Virus record (IMG/VR): IMGVR_UViG_2844225640_000006
Location: 8,495 to 72,494 of that record
Source: a virus
Taxonomy: Duplodnaviria > Caudoviricetes
Length of the DNA: 64,000 nt
Direction: 5' to 3' (one strand)
In this document: positions 53,079 to 63,055 of the stretch, one piece after another
How positions within the stretch are numbered: the stretch's first letter is position 1
Layout of the letters: each line of letters opens with the position of its first letter
Notes under the pieces: generated by a model
Databases searched by the model: none
Told to the model about the DNA's origin: nothing
What the model saw: the letters and a program-made list of their open reading frames with translations, nothing else
Made by a program: the position numbers and the translations under genes

Positions 53079-54205
53079 CCGACCTCAACTTCATCCCGAA
53101 CGCGGACGGAACTTACACGCTACCGCCCGGCATTTACTTTGATCTGCCAGAGGCGGTTTACCATGCTGACACTTCGCTCGGCTCGACGTCCATCAAGGAT
53201 CTGGCGTCCAAGCCATGCAAGTGGCAGTACGACCGGCTCCGTCCTCGTCGCGAAGTCGAGCAGGAATACCTGATCTGGGGCAGCGCATGGCACTGCCGCG
53301 TTCTGGAAGGCAAGGAAGAGTTCGATAAGCGGTATGCGAAGCCGCCGCGACCGCATGACTACCCGGAAGCGTTGAACACGACCGACCAGATCAAGGACTT
53401 CCTTCGCATGCACGGCCAGAAGCTCACCGGCACCAAGCCTGAGCTGACTGCAAGGGCGCGCGAGCTTGATGAATGCCCGCCATTCTTCGACGAGATCCTT
53501 GCACGCTGGCAGGCCGAGCATCCGAACCATGTCGAGCTGACTGACCGGCAGGTGGTCGAGATCGAGGACGCCGTTGCGAACATGGAGCGTGATCCGATCC
53601 TCACTTCCGTCATGACGGCTGGCTCTCTGGTCGATGGTGCCGCTGAAATGTCCATCTTCTGGGTGGATGAGCGTGGAATCCGCCGCAAGTGCCGCCTCGA
53701 CTACTCGCTTGCCCCCGCCGGTGAGCGCGTCAAATCTCTGATCGTCGACCTGAAATCGTTCAACTCGTTCAAGGGCGGCTCGGACGAAGAGGCGGCAGTG
53801 CTCAAGGTTCATGAGATGGCCTACGACGTGCAGGTCGCCGCGTATCTGGAAGGATATGTGGCCGCACGCAAGCTTCTCGAGCAGGGAATGATCTTCGGAA
53901 CGCCTCCGCGAGGGGAATACCTGCATTCGTTCCTGCACTCGCAGGGGATCGATTGGGTATGGGTGATGATGCGCCGCGACAACGGCATGGTGCCGGTCAC
54001 GCTGTCCGTCGACACCGAGGACAAGATGTTTGTCCACGCGAAGAACATCGTCGGGGACGCTCTCGATACCTACCGCTTCTATCTCGACCGCTACGGGCCG
54101 GACCAGCTGTGGACTCCGCCGCCGAAGGTTCCGCTGCGCCTGAACCACTCCGTCATGCCTACCTACAACCGAGGAATACAATATGAGCAACCTAATCACC
54201 GTTGA
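53075..54205 (+). CDS. RecE/ExoVIII-like PD-(D/E)xK exonuclease
   Basis: YHAD, GSAWH...LE, KCRLD, IVDLKS, Y..Q.A.Y. Confidence 0.85.
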   Translation: MTDLNFIPNADGTYTLPPGIYFDLPEAVYHADTSLGSTSIKDLASKPCKWQYDRLRPRREVEQEYLIWGSAWHCRVLEGKEEFDKRYAKPPRPHDYPEALNTTDQIKDFLRMHGQKLTGTKPELTARARELDECPPFFDEILARWQAEHPNHVELTDRQVVEIEDAVANMERDPILTSVMTAGSLVDGAAEMSIFWVDERGIRRKCRLDYSLAPAGERVKSLIVDLKSFNSFKGGSDEEAAVLKVHEMAYDVQVAAYLEGYVAARKLLEQGMIFGTPPRGEYLHSFLHSQGIDWVWVMMRRDNGMVPVTLSVDTEDKMFVHAKNIVGDALDTYRFYLDRYGPDQLWTPPPKVPLRLNHSVMPTYNRGIQYEQPNHR

Positions 54206-55430
54206 TTCAGTCGGCGGATTTCTTGACCAGATCCGGGGGGACATCGAGCCCCTCGTTATCGACAGCGGCAAGAGCTTCGACCGCCTCAAGTCGGTGTTTC
54301 TGATTGCCGTGCAGCAGAACCAGGACATCCTGAAGTGTTCGACGACGAGCATTAAGCGGGAGATCCTGAAGTGCGCTGCAGACGGTCTTGTCCCGGACAA
54401 CAAGGAAGCCGCGATGATCCCCTACAAGGGGGAGCTTCAGTACCAGCCCATGGTGATGGGCATCATCAAGCGGGTGAAAGAGCTCGGCGGCGTCTTCTCC
54501 ATCGTCTGTAAGCTGGTCCACGAGAATGACGAGTTCGTGCTCAACGAGGCCGACCCTGACTCCTTGCTCCACAAGTCAAACCCATTCGCCACGGCTAAGG
54601 ACCGCGGCGCTGTAACTGGCGGCTATGCCGTTTTTCGCGATGACCAGAAGCGGGTGATGCACCTTGAAACGATGTCCATCGAAGACTTCGTGAAAGTGCG
54701 CAACGCGTCGAAGGCTCCAGACTCTCCAGCGTGGAAGAACTGGACGAACGAGATGTACCGCAAGGCAGTGCTTCGTCGCGGCTCCAAGTACGTCCCGATC
54801 AACAACGACAAGATCCGTGCGCTGCTCGAACGTCAGGACGAAATGTTCGACCAGTTCAATACTGCGCGTCAGACCGAGCGGGTGAATCCATTCACTGGCG
54901 AAGTCATCGAGCACGACCAGACCAAGATCGTCACCGACCAAAGCCAGACCGGCGTCAAGATGGACGCAGGAGCGTCTCAGGAGCGCGAGAAGGAACCAGC
55001 CAAGCAATCGCAGCCAAAGTCGGAGCAACGCTCTGAGCAGGCCAGCCAGACCGGACAGGGCAGCAAGCCGAAGCAGGAAGCCAAAAAGGAGGAACCGTCT
55101 GGCCCTCCGTCCGCACCGGACGACATCATGATCCAGCGTGAGGACCACGACATCATCCTCGAAGGTTGCGAAAAGCTGCTCGGTATCGCGCTCGACATGG
55201 GTATCGACGCACCAGACCGCCGAGGTGTGCTGAAGCAGGCGGCTCAACATTGGGCATCTGCAACGCCGGAGTACGCGAAGCCACTCATGAAGGCATGCAT
55301 CGACATGACCGATTGGGCAATCAAGCGAGACGCCGACAAGCTGGCATGGTCAGCCGAGCACGCGATGTTCGTCCACAAGGTGAAGAGCCTTCTCGGCGTC
55401 GAGAAGCTGAACGTCGGGAAATACCCGTGA
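54183..55430 (+). CDS. recT: RecT-family single-strand annealing protein
   Basis: ILKCS..S, GL.PD..EA..IPY, W.....EMYRK.VLRR..K..P. Confidence 0.88.
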   Translation: MSNLITVDSVGGFLDQIRGDIEPLVIDSGKSFDRLKSVFLIAVQQNQDILKCSTTSIKREILKCAADGLVPDNKEAAMIPYKGELQYQPMVMGIIKRVKELGGVFSIVCKLVHENDEFVLNEADPDSLLHKSNPFATAKDRGAVTGGYAVFRDDQKRVMHLETMSIEDFVKVRNASKAPDSPAWKNWTNEMYRKAVLRRGSKYVPINNDKIRALLERQDEMFDQFNTARQTERVNPFTGEVIEHDQTKIVTDQSQTGVKMDAGASQEREKEPAKQSQPKSEQRSEQASQTGQGSKPKQEAKKEEPSGPPSAPDDIMIQREDHDIILEGCEKLLGIALDMGIDAPDRRGVLKQAAQHWASATPEYAKPLMKACIDMTDWAIKRDADKLAWSAEHAMFVHKVKSLLGVEKLNVGKYP

Positions 55431-55510
55431 CCGCATAGATCGTGGCGCCGACCTCTCGGCGTCACCCACCCTTCAAGCATGAAGTACGTAGTGAAATTGA
55501 GGAACACACC

Positions 55511-55816
55511 ATGAAGACTTTCGGTGCTGAGGCCCGTGACCTCTCATATGAAATCTCCGAACGGGAGCTTGAGCTCCAACTGCTGACCGAGTTCCAGGAG
55601 AAGGGAGGGCAGTTTCGCCTTTCCATTACCTGCGACCACCCTGACGACTACGTCAAGAACCTCATCCAGCGAAAGGCGCGCGACGAGTTCATGCTCAGGA
55701 CGGTCATGAATTACATGGTCAAGCAGGCCAAGCTGGACTTGAACGAGGCCGTGCTGAAGCTTCGCGTTCATGCCTCGTCACACAACAAGGCGAACGAAAG
55801 CGAGGCTCAGCCATGA
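55511..55816 (+). CDS. Hypothetical protein
   Basis: GAGGA SD. Confidence 0.55.
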   Translation: MKTFGAEARDLSYEISERELELQLLTEFQEKGGQFRLSITCDHPDDYVKNLIQRKARDEFMLRTVMNYMVKQAKLDLNEAVLKLRVHASSHNKANESEAQP

Positions 55817-56547
55817 AGATCCGCTGCATCGATTTCGAAACCACAGGGAAGATTGAAGAGCGGGAGAAGGGGAAGCCAGTTGGCATCTGCGAGTTCGGGT
55901 TCGCCGACGTCGACGGCAGCACCGGCGCTGTAAGCAAGCCAGTGTCTTCGCTCATCAACTGCGGAATCGCCATGCCGCCCGAAGCGCGCGCCATCCACCA
56001 TATTTCAGACGAGGATGTTTCTGAATCACCAACGCCGGACTTCGCGTTCAAGTCTTTGATGGACGGCATGGAACCGGGCGACGTCTTCTGCGCACACAAC
56101 GCAGCGTTTGAGCAGGCGATCTTCACCGGCAGCACGTTCCCCTGGATCTGCACCATGCAGTCAGCAAAGCATCTGTGGGAAGACGCACCGGGCTACAGCA
56201 ACCAGACGCTGCGCTACTGGCTTGGAGTGGATGCCGATTTCGAGTGGCCTCCTCTGGCGATGCCGCCACACCGCGCCGGGCCCGACGCCTACGTTACGGC
56301 TCACATCCTGTCACGGATGGTCAAGGACAAGCATCCATCGGTCCTCATTCAGCTGACCAATACACCGGTTCTCCTGAAAACCGTGGGCTTCACAAAGGAT
56401 CATTACGGCAAGCTCTGGTCCGACATGGACCGAGGTTTCCTCGAGTGGTGCGTCGACCCTCGCAGGGACAACCTCAGCCCCGAGATACGGCACACCGCAC
56501 GTCACTGGCTCAACAAATTGACGATGTCCGGCACTCCATTCGCATAG
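55813..56547 (+). CDS. DEDDh 3'-5' exonuclease (ExoX-like)
   Basis: IDFETTG, AIHHI, AHNAAFE, HRA.PDAY. Confidence 0.88.
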   Translation: MKIRCIDFETTGKIEEREKGKPVGICEFGFADVDGSTGAVSKPVSSLINCGIAMPPEARAIHHISDEDVSESPTPDFAFKSLMDGMEPGDVFCAHNAAFEQAIFTGSTFPWICTMQSAKHLWEDAPGYSNQTLRYWLGVDADFEWPPLAMPPHRAGPDAYVTAHILSRMVKDKHPSVLIQLTNTPVLLKTVGFTKDHYGKLWSDMDRGFLEWCVDPRRDNLSPEIRHTARHWLNKLTMSGTPFA

Positions 56548-56557
56548 GCACATTCCG

Positions 56558-56758
56558 ATGACTTACCAAGTTCTCGCCGTCTACCTGCACGGCACACATG
56601 CTGAAACCCAATATTACGTGGCAAAGGATTCCGTCACGGTGCAACAGATCCTGCGGGGCGACGATAGTGGTGTCGTCTGCCTCGTCCTTCAGCCCGAGAA
56701 GGCAGGGTTGATTGCTCACTTGCTGAACACTTCCGATGAGCAGCCCAAAGGTTCGTAA
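56558..56758 (+). CDS. Hypothetical protein
   Basis: Operon packing. Confidence 0.45.
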   Translation: MTYQVLAVYLHGTHAETQYYVAKDSVTVQQILRGDDSGVVCLVLQPEKAGLIAHLLNTSDEQPKGS

Positions 56759-57161
56759 GCGGATTCCAGACCGGGTGAAGCTCGAGGCCGCGCTGCGAAG
56801 GTTCGGCCTCACGATCAAAGAAGTCGAGTTCGATCACAGCCCGGCTCTGGCGCTCAGACCAATCAATCCTCTGACCGGCGACACGATCCCGCCGGCCAAC
56901 GACCCGGACCACATCGACATGCTTCTCACCCAGGAACACCGGGTCAAGACATTCGGGCGAGGGGGAGAGAAGCGGATTACCACCGCCGATGGAGACATCG
57001 GAAAGATCGCGAAGGTCCGCAGGCTCACCAAGCAGCAAGAGGCGTACCGCCAGCGCCTTATCGCAAAGGCCACCGGACAGGAACAGCCGCCACGCAAGAG
57101 CAAATGGCAAAGCCGTCCACTTGGGAAACGCAAAACAATTCAGAGGGATACATCCGAATGA
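56736..57161 (+). CDS. Degenerate HNH-like protein
   Basis: EFDH...L, H..KT, D...IAK..R; no Cys pairs. Confidence 0.5.
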   Translation: MSSPKVRKRIPDRVKLEAALRRFGLTIKEVEFDHSPALALRPINPLTGDTIPPANDPDHIDMLLTQEHRVKTFGRGGEKRITTADGDIGKIAKVRRLTKQQEAYRQRLIAKATGQEQPPRKSKWQSRPLGKRKTIQRDTSE

Positions 57162-57295
57162 CGATGTTTCGCATTCACACCCGGTCATCTGGAACGTTCG
57201 ACGTCGAAGCCAAAGACCCGAACCACGCCCGGAAGATCTTCCTGGCTGAGAACGAGAAGATGATCATCACCAAGATCAAAGTCGTGAAGGGATAA
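57158..57295 (+). CDS. Small hypothetical protein
   Basis: GAGG SD, ATGA coupling. Confidence 0.45.
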   Translation: MTMFRIHTRSSGTFDVEAKDPNHARKIFLAENEKMIITKIKVVKG

Positions 57296-57299
57296 TGAA

Positions 57300-57635
57300 A
57301 TGAGACTGCCCGACTTTCTGCGCCGCTCCGACGATGCTTCCTTCGCAGAGGCAGAGCGCACTATAGCCAGCACACTCCTGACCGACCTCGACGTGCGGAC
57401 ACGCTTAGAACGAGAGCGTGACAATGCTGCGACCCGCCTGGACACGCTTCAGGCGGAGCGTCTGAGGATAGCCGAGCGGATTTCGTCCGCGACCACGGAC
57501 CTCCGCGAGCTGGATCGCATCATCGCTGGCATGGAAGCGCACCTGCGCACCTTAGATGTACCTTCCATCGTTGAGTACGACCCTGATCAGATGGTCGCCG
57601 CGACCGCAATCTGTGCCGAGGAGGTGCGACAGTGA
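57300..57635 (+). CDS. Hypothetical coiled-coil protein
   Basis: Heptad-like composition. Confidence 0.55.
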   Translation: MRLPDFLRRSDDASFAEAERTIASTLLTDLDVRTRLERERDNAATRLDTLQAERLRIAERISSATTDLRELDRIIAGMEAHLRTLDVPSIVEYDPDQMVAATAICAEEVRQ

Positions 57636-57841
57636 TGTACGTTCTCGTCATTTGCGCTGGCATTTCAGCGATGGGCTGCGGGGTTTACGAGCGATCGGAA
57701 CCGATGACTCAGACCGATTGTTACGGCGCTCTCGAAGCTCTGCGCTTTGATGTCGACGCCTCCGGGGATACCCGCCGCTCGGCTTACGCCCTTTGCAAGC
57801 CTGTCAATCCATCACCGGCACCGAAGGGAGAGGGCGAATGA
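57632..57841 (+). CDS. Small Cys-containing hypothetical protein
   Basis: AGGAGG SD, coupled. Confidence 0.5.
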   Translation: MMYVLVICAGISAMGCGVYERSEPMTQTDCYGALEALRFDVDASGDTRRSAYALCKPVNPSPAPKGEGE

Positions 57842-58077
57842 GATCATTCACGACCTACGGCGTCACCCGCACTTTCGGCGGCACAACTTACCGCGTGGAG
57901 GGACTCTCGTCCCATGAGGAGGCCCTGATGCGCGTTCACAAGCGCGCTTTCGAGGATGGCAATTGGTCGCCTCCAAAGCTCCGGGAGAAGTGGTGGCAGT
58001 TCTGGCGACCGCGTGAGCACGACATAATCGAAGCGCACTTCGCTGCGCTGGAGGCATTGAACGGGGAGGGCGAATGA
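57838..58077 (+). CDS. Hypothetical protein
   Basis: GAGG SD, coupled. Confidence 0.5.
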   Translation: MRSFTTYGVTRTFGGTTYRVEGLSSHEEALMRVHKRAFEDGNWSPPKLREKWWQFWRPREHDIIEAHFAALEALNGEGE

Positions 58078-58325
58078 TCATGAGAAGCCGTGTCCCACAT
58101 TACGTGGCTCGCCGACTCCGCCAGCTCGTCAGTATCATTGAGGATGGCACCAGCCACAAAGCGGACGACCTCGCGGTCATCCTCGATACGTCACCTCGCA
58201 CGATCTATCGGGACATTTCCCTTCTTCGTCGTCACGGCTGGAATATCCCCGGAGAAGCTGGCGTCGGTTACATCTTCAAAGGGAAGGGGTCTTTCGACGT
58301 CCTGTCCGCTGCGGGAGGCGTGTGA
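58074..58325 (+). CDS. Stand-alone winged HTH (YafY/WYL-regulator N-terminal type)
   Basis: ADDLA..L.TSPRTIYRDI..L...G..I.GEAGVGY. Confidence 0.75.
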   Translation: MIMRSRVPHYVARRLRQLVSIIEDGTSHKADDLAVILDTSPRTIYRDISLLRRHGWNIPGEAGVGYIFKGKGSFDVLSAAGGV

Positions 58326-58729
58326 CAATGGCCCAACTAGTCCCGTCCCCACACGATAAATCTAAAGGAATCCAAGACATGAGCTCAAACAACGATGCCA
58401 GCCATACGGCCCTCGAGGTCTACGTCGTCGGAGACCGCACGATGGAGAAAGTGTTCAGACCTGCCGGGTTAACGAACGTCTCCGATCTGCAGGCAGTATT
58501 CGATGCGGTTGAGAAAGCTTTGACAGAGCCGGATCTACCGTTTCGCCACGACGATATCAAGCGCGGGCTGATCCTCTTCCGCACAAGCAACAACGCACAC
58601 GGCTATACGAACTTCGTATCGTTGACGGCCAAGGTCGACGCTCTCCCGCAGATTGCAAAGGACGAACTGGCGGACCTGATGCGGAGTATTGCCAGTGGGT
58701 TGTCACCTGCGTCGGAGGGGGTGAAATGA
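58322..58729 (+). CDS. Hypothetical protein
   Basis: Operon packing; start uncertain. Confidence 0.5.
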   Translation: MTMAQLVPSPHDKSKGIQDMSSNNDASHTALEVYVVGDRTMEKVFRPAGLTNVSDLQAVFDAVEKALTEPDLPFRHDDIKRGLILFRTSNNAHGYTNFVSLTAKVDALPQIAKDELADLMRSIASGLSPASEGVK

Positions 58730-59082
58730 GCAAGCTATTCAAGGTAAAAGACCCCGGACATTTTGGTGATTGTGTCGTCGGCAAATTCAAGACCATTGAT
58801 GAAGCCATAAAGTGCGCCGAGGAAGTTCTCGCGGAGTACAGACAGGGTAGCCGCAACGATGGCGAATGGTCCACGGACACCGAAGAAATCAGAGTTGTTC
58901 TAGGCAAAACGGTCGTTGCTCGCGCTGTAGAATGCGATGTGATCGAGCGTCCAGACGATGTTGACGAAGACGGTTATTCGCCTTCCGAAGACCTATGGTT
59001 CAACAGCGTAGATCGGTACTGCGATTATAAGATCGAACGCGTTGCCACCCACCCATCAGGAGGCGACCGTCATGGCGAGTGA
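58726..59082 (+). CDS. Acidic hypothetical protein
   Basis: GGAGG SD, coupled. Confidence 0.55.
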   Translation: MSKLFKVKDPGHFGDCVVGKFKTIDEAIKCAEEVLAEYRQGSRNDGEWSTDTEEIRVVLGKTVVARAVECDVIERPDDVDEDGYSPSEDLWFNSVDRYCDYKIERVATHPSGGDRHGE

Positions 59083-59701
59083 ACTGACGCTGGAACAAAA
59101 AACATGGCATCAACTCGAATGCGCGGCCAACAGTGTAGGCGGTATTGAAGTTGCTATGGTCAGCCTTCCGATTGCACAAGTGAAAGCTCTAGTCGAAGGC
59201 AGAAACACCCGCCCCGCGCCTGCCGCTACAGATACGGAACTGGAGACGGTAGCGCATCAATACCGATGGGGCGGCGATCCTAAATGGAGGTATTTCGGGC
59301 CGATCTTTGCTGACGAGCCGAGAGAAACCCGCGCACTTTGTACCCGCTCGCAGGCTAAGGAGCTATTGGCGGCGGAACGGGCGGAGAAGGAGATTGCCGA
59401 GCGCAACCGTGATGCTGCCCGTGAAAACTTCCTGACCATGCAGAAGTCGGCTGCAAAGCTCTTGGAACGCGCCGAGAAGGCCGAAGCCGACAACGCGGCG
59501 CAGGCAGCGCGGATTAAGGAGTTGACTGGGGATCGTGATAGCTGGCGGCGAGTTGCGGAAAAATTAGCGGGTGAGAAACAAGCCCTCGAAGCCAAGCTCG
59601 CGGCTGCAACAGACCTTATTTCACGCGCTAAGGAAATCATTCCAGACAGTTATATCAATTGGCACGATTTCGCCCGCGCCGCGCTGGGAGGGAAGCCATG
59701 A
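59072..59701 (+). CDS. Hypothetical coiled-coil phage protein
   Basis: AGGAGG SD before MASELT. Confidence 0.55.
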   Translation: MASELTLEQKTWHQLECAANSVGGIEVAMVSLPIAQVKALVEGRNTRPAPAATDTELETVAHQYRWGGDPKWRYFGPIFADEPRETRALCTRSQAKELLAAERAEKEIAERNRDAARENFLTMQKSAAKLLERAEKAEADNAAQAARIKELTGDRDSWRRVAEKLAGEKQALEAKLAAATDLISRAKEIIPDSYINWHDFARAALGGKP

Positions 59702-60798
59702 CGGTCTGGTCACCTCAGCAGAATGAAGCACTGTCAACCGCCGGCGCTTGGCTGCGCATTCGGCATCAGCCAACGTTCTACCTTGCTGGTTTCGCCGGAG
59801 CCGGGAAGTCCACGCTCGCAATGCACCTCGCCAGTTATGCCAAGGGCGATGTTGCCTTTGCTGCTTTCACTGGCAAGGCGGCTCGGGTTATGCGCTCGAA
59901 AGGATGTCGTGGCGCCAAGACGATTCACGCATTGATCTATAACACAGAGGTCAACGAATCCACCGGCGAGGTTCGCGTCACCCTGAAAGATCCTGGCGCC
60001 CTCGATAAATACGGCCTCATCGTTATCGACGAGTGCTCGATGGTGAATGAGGAAATGGGCAAGGATCTTCTGTCGTTCGGCCGGCCGGTCCTCGTCCTCG
60101 GCGATCCTGCTCAGCTCCCGCCTGTCTCGGGCGGTGGTTACTTCACCGCACGCAAGCCGGACTACATGCTGACAGAGGTTCACCGACAGGCAGCTGAAAG
60201 CCCGATCCTCCGGCTTGCAACGGAAATCCGGGAAGGTCGGTACAAGGGAGACGAGATCAACGCCGACGGCTTGATTGTTACCAGCCGGAAGAACCTCGAT
60301 GGTCAGCTCGTCACTGAAGCCGACGTAGTCATCGTCGGGCGCAATGATACCCGGCAGCAATACAACCGACGCCTGCGCGAGATTGCCGGGAAGACAGATC
60401 CGTTCCCGCTTACCGGCGAACCCCTGATCTGCCTGCGCAATGATCGGTTCGCCAAAATATTCAACGGCGACATCCTGACCGTCGGCAAAAAGAAGGTCGG
60501 CAAGAAGTCCGTCCAGCTCTGGATGGATGACCCGGAAGGCGAACGCCCAACCACGAAGGTTAGCGTTCGGAAGGAGTTCTTCGAGGACGATGTGGCTGCT
60601 GCCAAGCTTCCGTTCAAAGAGGTTCGAGGCACGCAGCAGTTCACCTTCGGCTACGCCATCACTTGCCACAAGAGTCAGGGCAGCCAGTGGGACAAGGTTT
60701 GCGTCTTCGACCAAAGCCACGCCTTCCGCGAGGATAGAGATCGCTGGTTATATACAGCCGCCACAAGGGCGTCAGAGCACCTGACGCTCGTCGTATGA
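59698..60798 (+). CDS. RecD/Dda-like SF1B helicase
   Basis: GFAGAGKS, TGKAA, IDECSMV, GDPAQLPPV, HRQA, YAITCHKSQGS, YTA.TRA. Confidence 0.92.
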   Translation: MTVWSPQQNEALSTAGAWLRIRHQPTFYLAGFAGAGKSTLAMHLASYAKGDVAFAAFTGKAARVMRSKGCRGAKTIHALIYNTEVNESTGEVRVTLKDPGALDKYGLIVIDECSMVNEEMGKDLLSFGRPVLVLGDPAQLPPVSGGGYFTARKPDYMLTEVHRQAAESPILRLATEIREGRYKGDEINADGLIVTSRKNLDGQLVTEADVVIVGRNDTRQQYNRRLREIAGKTDPFPLTGEPLICLRNDRFAKIFNGDILTVGKKKVGKKSVQLWMDDPEGERPTTKVSVRKEFFEDDVAAAKLPFKEVRGTQQFTFGYAITCHKSQGSQWDKVCVFDQSHAFREDRDRWLYTAATRASEHLTLVV

Positions 60799-60810
60799 AA
60801 GGATTTGGAA

Positions 60811-61266
60811 ATGACGGTTTTATCAGCGCAATCAATTCGTAAGCGAAATATCTTCGAGCCGTTTCACGAGCGCACTGTGATGAACGGAATGACTTTCGGA
60901 CTCGGCCCGGCAGGGTATGACGTCAGGATCGCTGAGGAGATCGTGCTTTACAATGGCAGGTCAGTTCTCGCCAGCACTGTCGAGCACTTCACCATGCCAT
61001 TCGACTGCTTGGCTTACGTGAAGGACAAAAGCACATGGGCGCGGCGGTTCGTCCTCGTGCAGAACACAGTCATTGAGCCTGGCTGGCGTGGGTTTCTGAC
61101 TCTTGAGATCACCTGCGACGGGGATCAGATGGTCACAATACCCGCCGGGTCACCCATCGCGCAGGTCGTTTTCCATAAACTGGATGAACCAACAGAAAGC
61201 CCATACGCAGGGAAATATCAGGACCAAGCAGCAGGGCCACAGCCGGCAAGACTTGAAGGGCTCTGA
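60811..61266 (+). CDS. dcd: dCTP deaminase
   Basis: GYDVR, KSTWAR, IEPGWRG.LTLE, IAQ..F, Y.GKYQ.Q. Confidence 0.88.
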   Translation: MTVLSAQSIRKRNIFEPFHERTVMNGMTFGLGPAGYDVRIAEEIVLYNGRSVLASTVEHFTMPFDCLAYVKDKSTWARRFVLVQNTVIEPGWRGFLTLEITCDGDQMVTIPAGSPIAQVVFHKLDEPTESPYAGKYQDQAAGPQPARLEGL

Positions 61267-61300
61267 CCCTTCGCTCCCTCCAAGTATGGAACCCACGGAA

Positions 61301-61525
61301 ATGAAAACATCAAATTCAGCAACAGCGAATGAAAATCATGGCGGCTCTTCGGGCCGCCGCATCCGTCCGAGTGAGCACGCTCTTCGCATTGCCCTGCGCA
61401 CAGCCAAGGCTGAAGGCATGGTTGTGGATAAGCTGTGCGTGACGGGTGGGTATATCGAAATCCATTTCGGAGGCGTTGAGGTCGAGTCGTCCGATGGAAA
61501 TCATGGAGACCTCGATAAATGGTAG
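61301..61525 (+). CDS. Small protein upstream of the integrase (excisionase candidate)
   Basis: Overlaps the integrase start; function inferred from position. Confidence 0.4.
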   Translation: MKTSNSATANENHGGSSGRRIRPSEHALRIALRTAKAEGMVVDKLCVTGGYIEIHFGGVEVESSDGNHGDLDKW

Positions 61526-62601
61526 AGGCTGCTATGAAAGTAGAGTTCCCCGGTCTTCTGAAGGAAGCCATGGCGTCCGGGCATATCCGGTATCGCGTCC
61601 GCCCGAAAGGCGACAAGACAAAGCGCATACGAATATTCTGCGAGCCGGGTGACGACGACTTTCAACGGCAGTATCTGATCGCTCGCTCAGGGGACCAGCC
61701 CAAGCCACTGCAGAAAGCTTCCGAAGTCGCGAAGCCGAAGTCAATTGGATGGCTGGTCTCCAGCTATATGGAATATCTCGAAGCGAGGGTGGTCGCTGGA
61801 ACTTCCAGCGGCAAGACCCTGAAAAAGAAACGCAATCTTCTCAACCGTCTGCTGACGAATCCTGATCGCGTGATGCTAATTCCGCAGGAAAAGTTATTCG
61901 AGATGCAGGACAAGATGGGATCGACGCCAGCCCAGGCCGACGCTTTCATTGAAGCCGTCGGTGTCATGTATGATTGGGCGAAGAAGCGGAAGCTCGTAAG
62001 CAGCAACCCGGCAAGGGGCATCGATAAGGTGTACGTCAAGGGAGACGGGGCTACTCCGTGGAAGGCGGCAGATGTGAAGGCATTCTTCGCCAAGCACAAG
62101 CCGGGCAGCAAGGCGCACGTTGCCATGTCGGTCCTACTGTGGACCGGTTGTCGCGTCGAGGATCTCACCGTTCTCGGCCGGAAGAACGAATGCGTCATCG
62201 AGGGCGTGGAGGCCGTCCGTTGGCAGCCGAGCAAGAAGGGATCTTCCGAAGTGACCGTTCCGCTTCTGCCTGCCCTGAAGACGGCCACCCGCGCGCCTAC
62301 GGTTCAAGGCGGCACCTATGTTCTTGGTCGTGGCGGCAAGCCCTTTGCAAGCGGTGACAGTATGTCGGCGATGTTTAAGCGGTGGTGCAAGGATGCCGAC
62401 CTGCCGACGCTGTCAGCTCACGGCGTTCGCAAGGGACTCGCTGAACTGTTGGCCGAGCAGGGCTGCAGCCAATATGAGATCATGGCTATCCTCGGCCATT
62501 CCGAAGCAAAAACATCCGAGGTTTATACCCGGAGAGTCGAGCGTTGGAAGCTGGCTCTTGGCGCCATGGAACGAGTAGATGTGTCCCACGCATGGTCTTG
62601 A
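61519..62601 (+). CDS. int: Tyrosine integrase
   Basis: TGCR, K, HGVRK, LGH, Y catalytic set; adjacent to tRNA. Confidence 0.92.
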   Translation: MVEAAMKVEFPGLLKEAMASGHIRYRVRPKGDKTKRIRIFCEPGDDDFQRQYLIARSGDQPKPLQKASEVAKPKSIGWLVSSYMEYLEARVVAGTSSGKTLKKKRNLLNRLLTNPDRVMLIPQEKLFEMQDKMGSTPAQADAFIEAVGVMYDWAKKRKLVSSNPARGIDKVYVKGDGATPWKAADVKAFFAKHKPGSKAHVAMSVLLWTGCRVEDLTVLGRKNECVIEGVEAVRWQPSKKGSSEVTVPLLPALKTATRAPTVQGGTYVLGRGGKPFASGDSMSAMFKRWCKDADLPTLSAHGVRKGLAELLAEQGCSQYEIMAILGHSEAKTSEVYTRRVERWKLALGAMERVDVSHAWS

Positions 62602-62667
62602 TGTGGGACACCTCAAAAACTAAGGTGTTGATTTCTTGGGAGAAAACCACTGCATAAGAGTGGTAAA

Positions 62668-62752
62668 TGGTGCGGTCGAGAAGACTCGAACTTCCACGGG
62701 TTGCCCCACAGCGACCTCAACGCTGCGCGTCTACCAATTCCGCCACGACCGC
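62668..62752 (-). tRNA. tRNA-Leu (anticodon GAG), 85 nt, CCA encoded; probable att site
   Basis: GCGGTCGTGGCGGAATTGGTAGACGCG-CAGCG-TTGAGGT-CGCTG, long variable arm, GTTCGAG, CGACCGCACCA. Confidence 0.97.
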
Positions 62753-63055
62753 CCGTGGTAGAAGCCGAATTGCTCCGGCGAGTGGGCATTTAGCAAATCA
62801 CCTTGGGGTGCACAAGCCCCATCTGCATCATCAGCCAATCTTTTTCGAAAAGAATGTGAAAAACCGCGTCGCGTTCACCATCACCAATACTGGGAACCCT
62901 TATTTTGCGGGCTTTTTCAAAGGCTTCCCTCGGATGATATTTTTTCAGAAAATCTTCACAGAGCCCGTCTTGGGAGCGCAAAAACAGCTGACACGATCAG
63001 CAAGTCCGAAGAATCGCGAATCCTCGCTCCAGAAGATTCGTGAAAAACTGAAAAA

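Larger units (their letters stand above)
1..62667. mobile_element. Temperate prophage (lambda-type head, P2-type contractile tail), left end outside the window
   Basis: Continuous head, tail, replication, immunity and recombination modules ending in a tyrosine integrase next to a tRNA 3' end. Confidence 0.95.
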
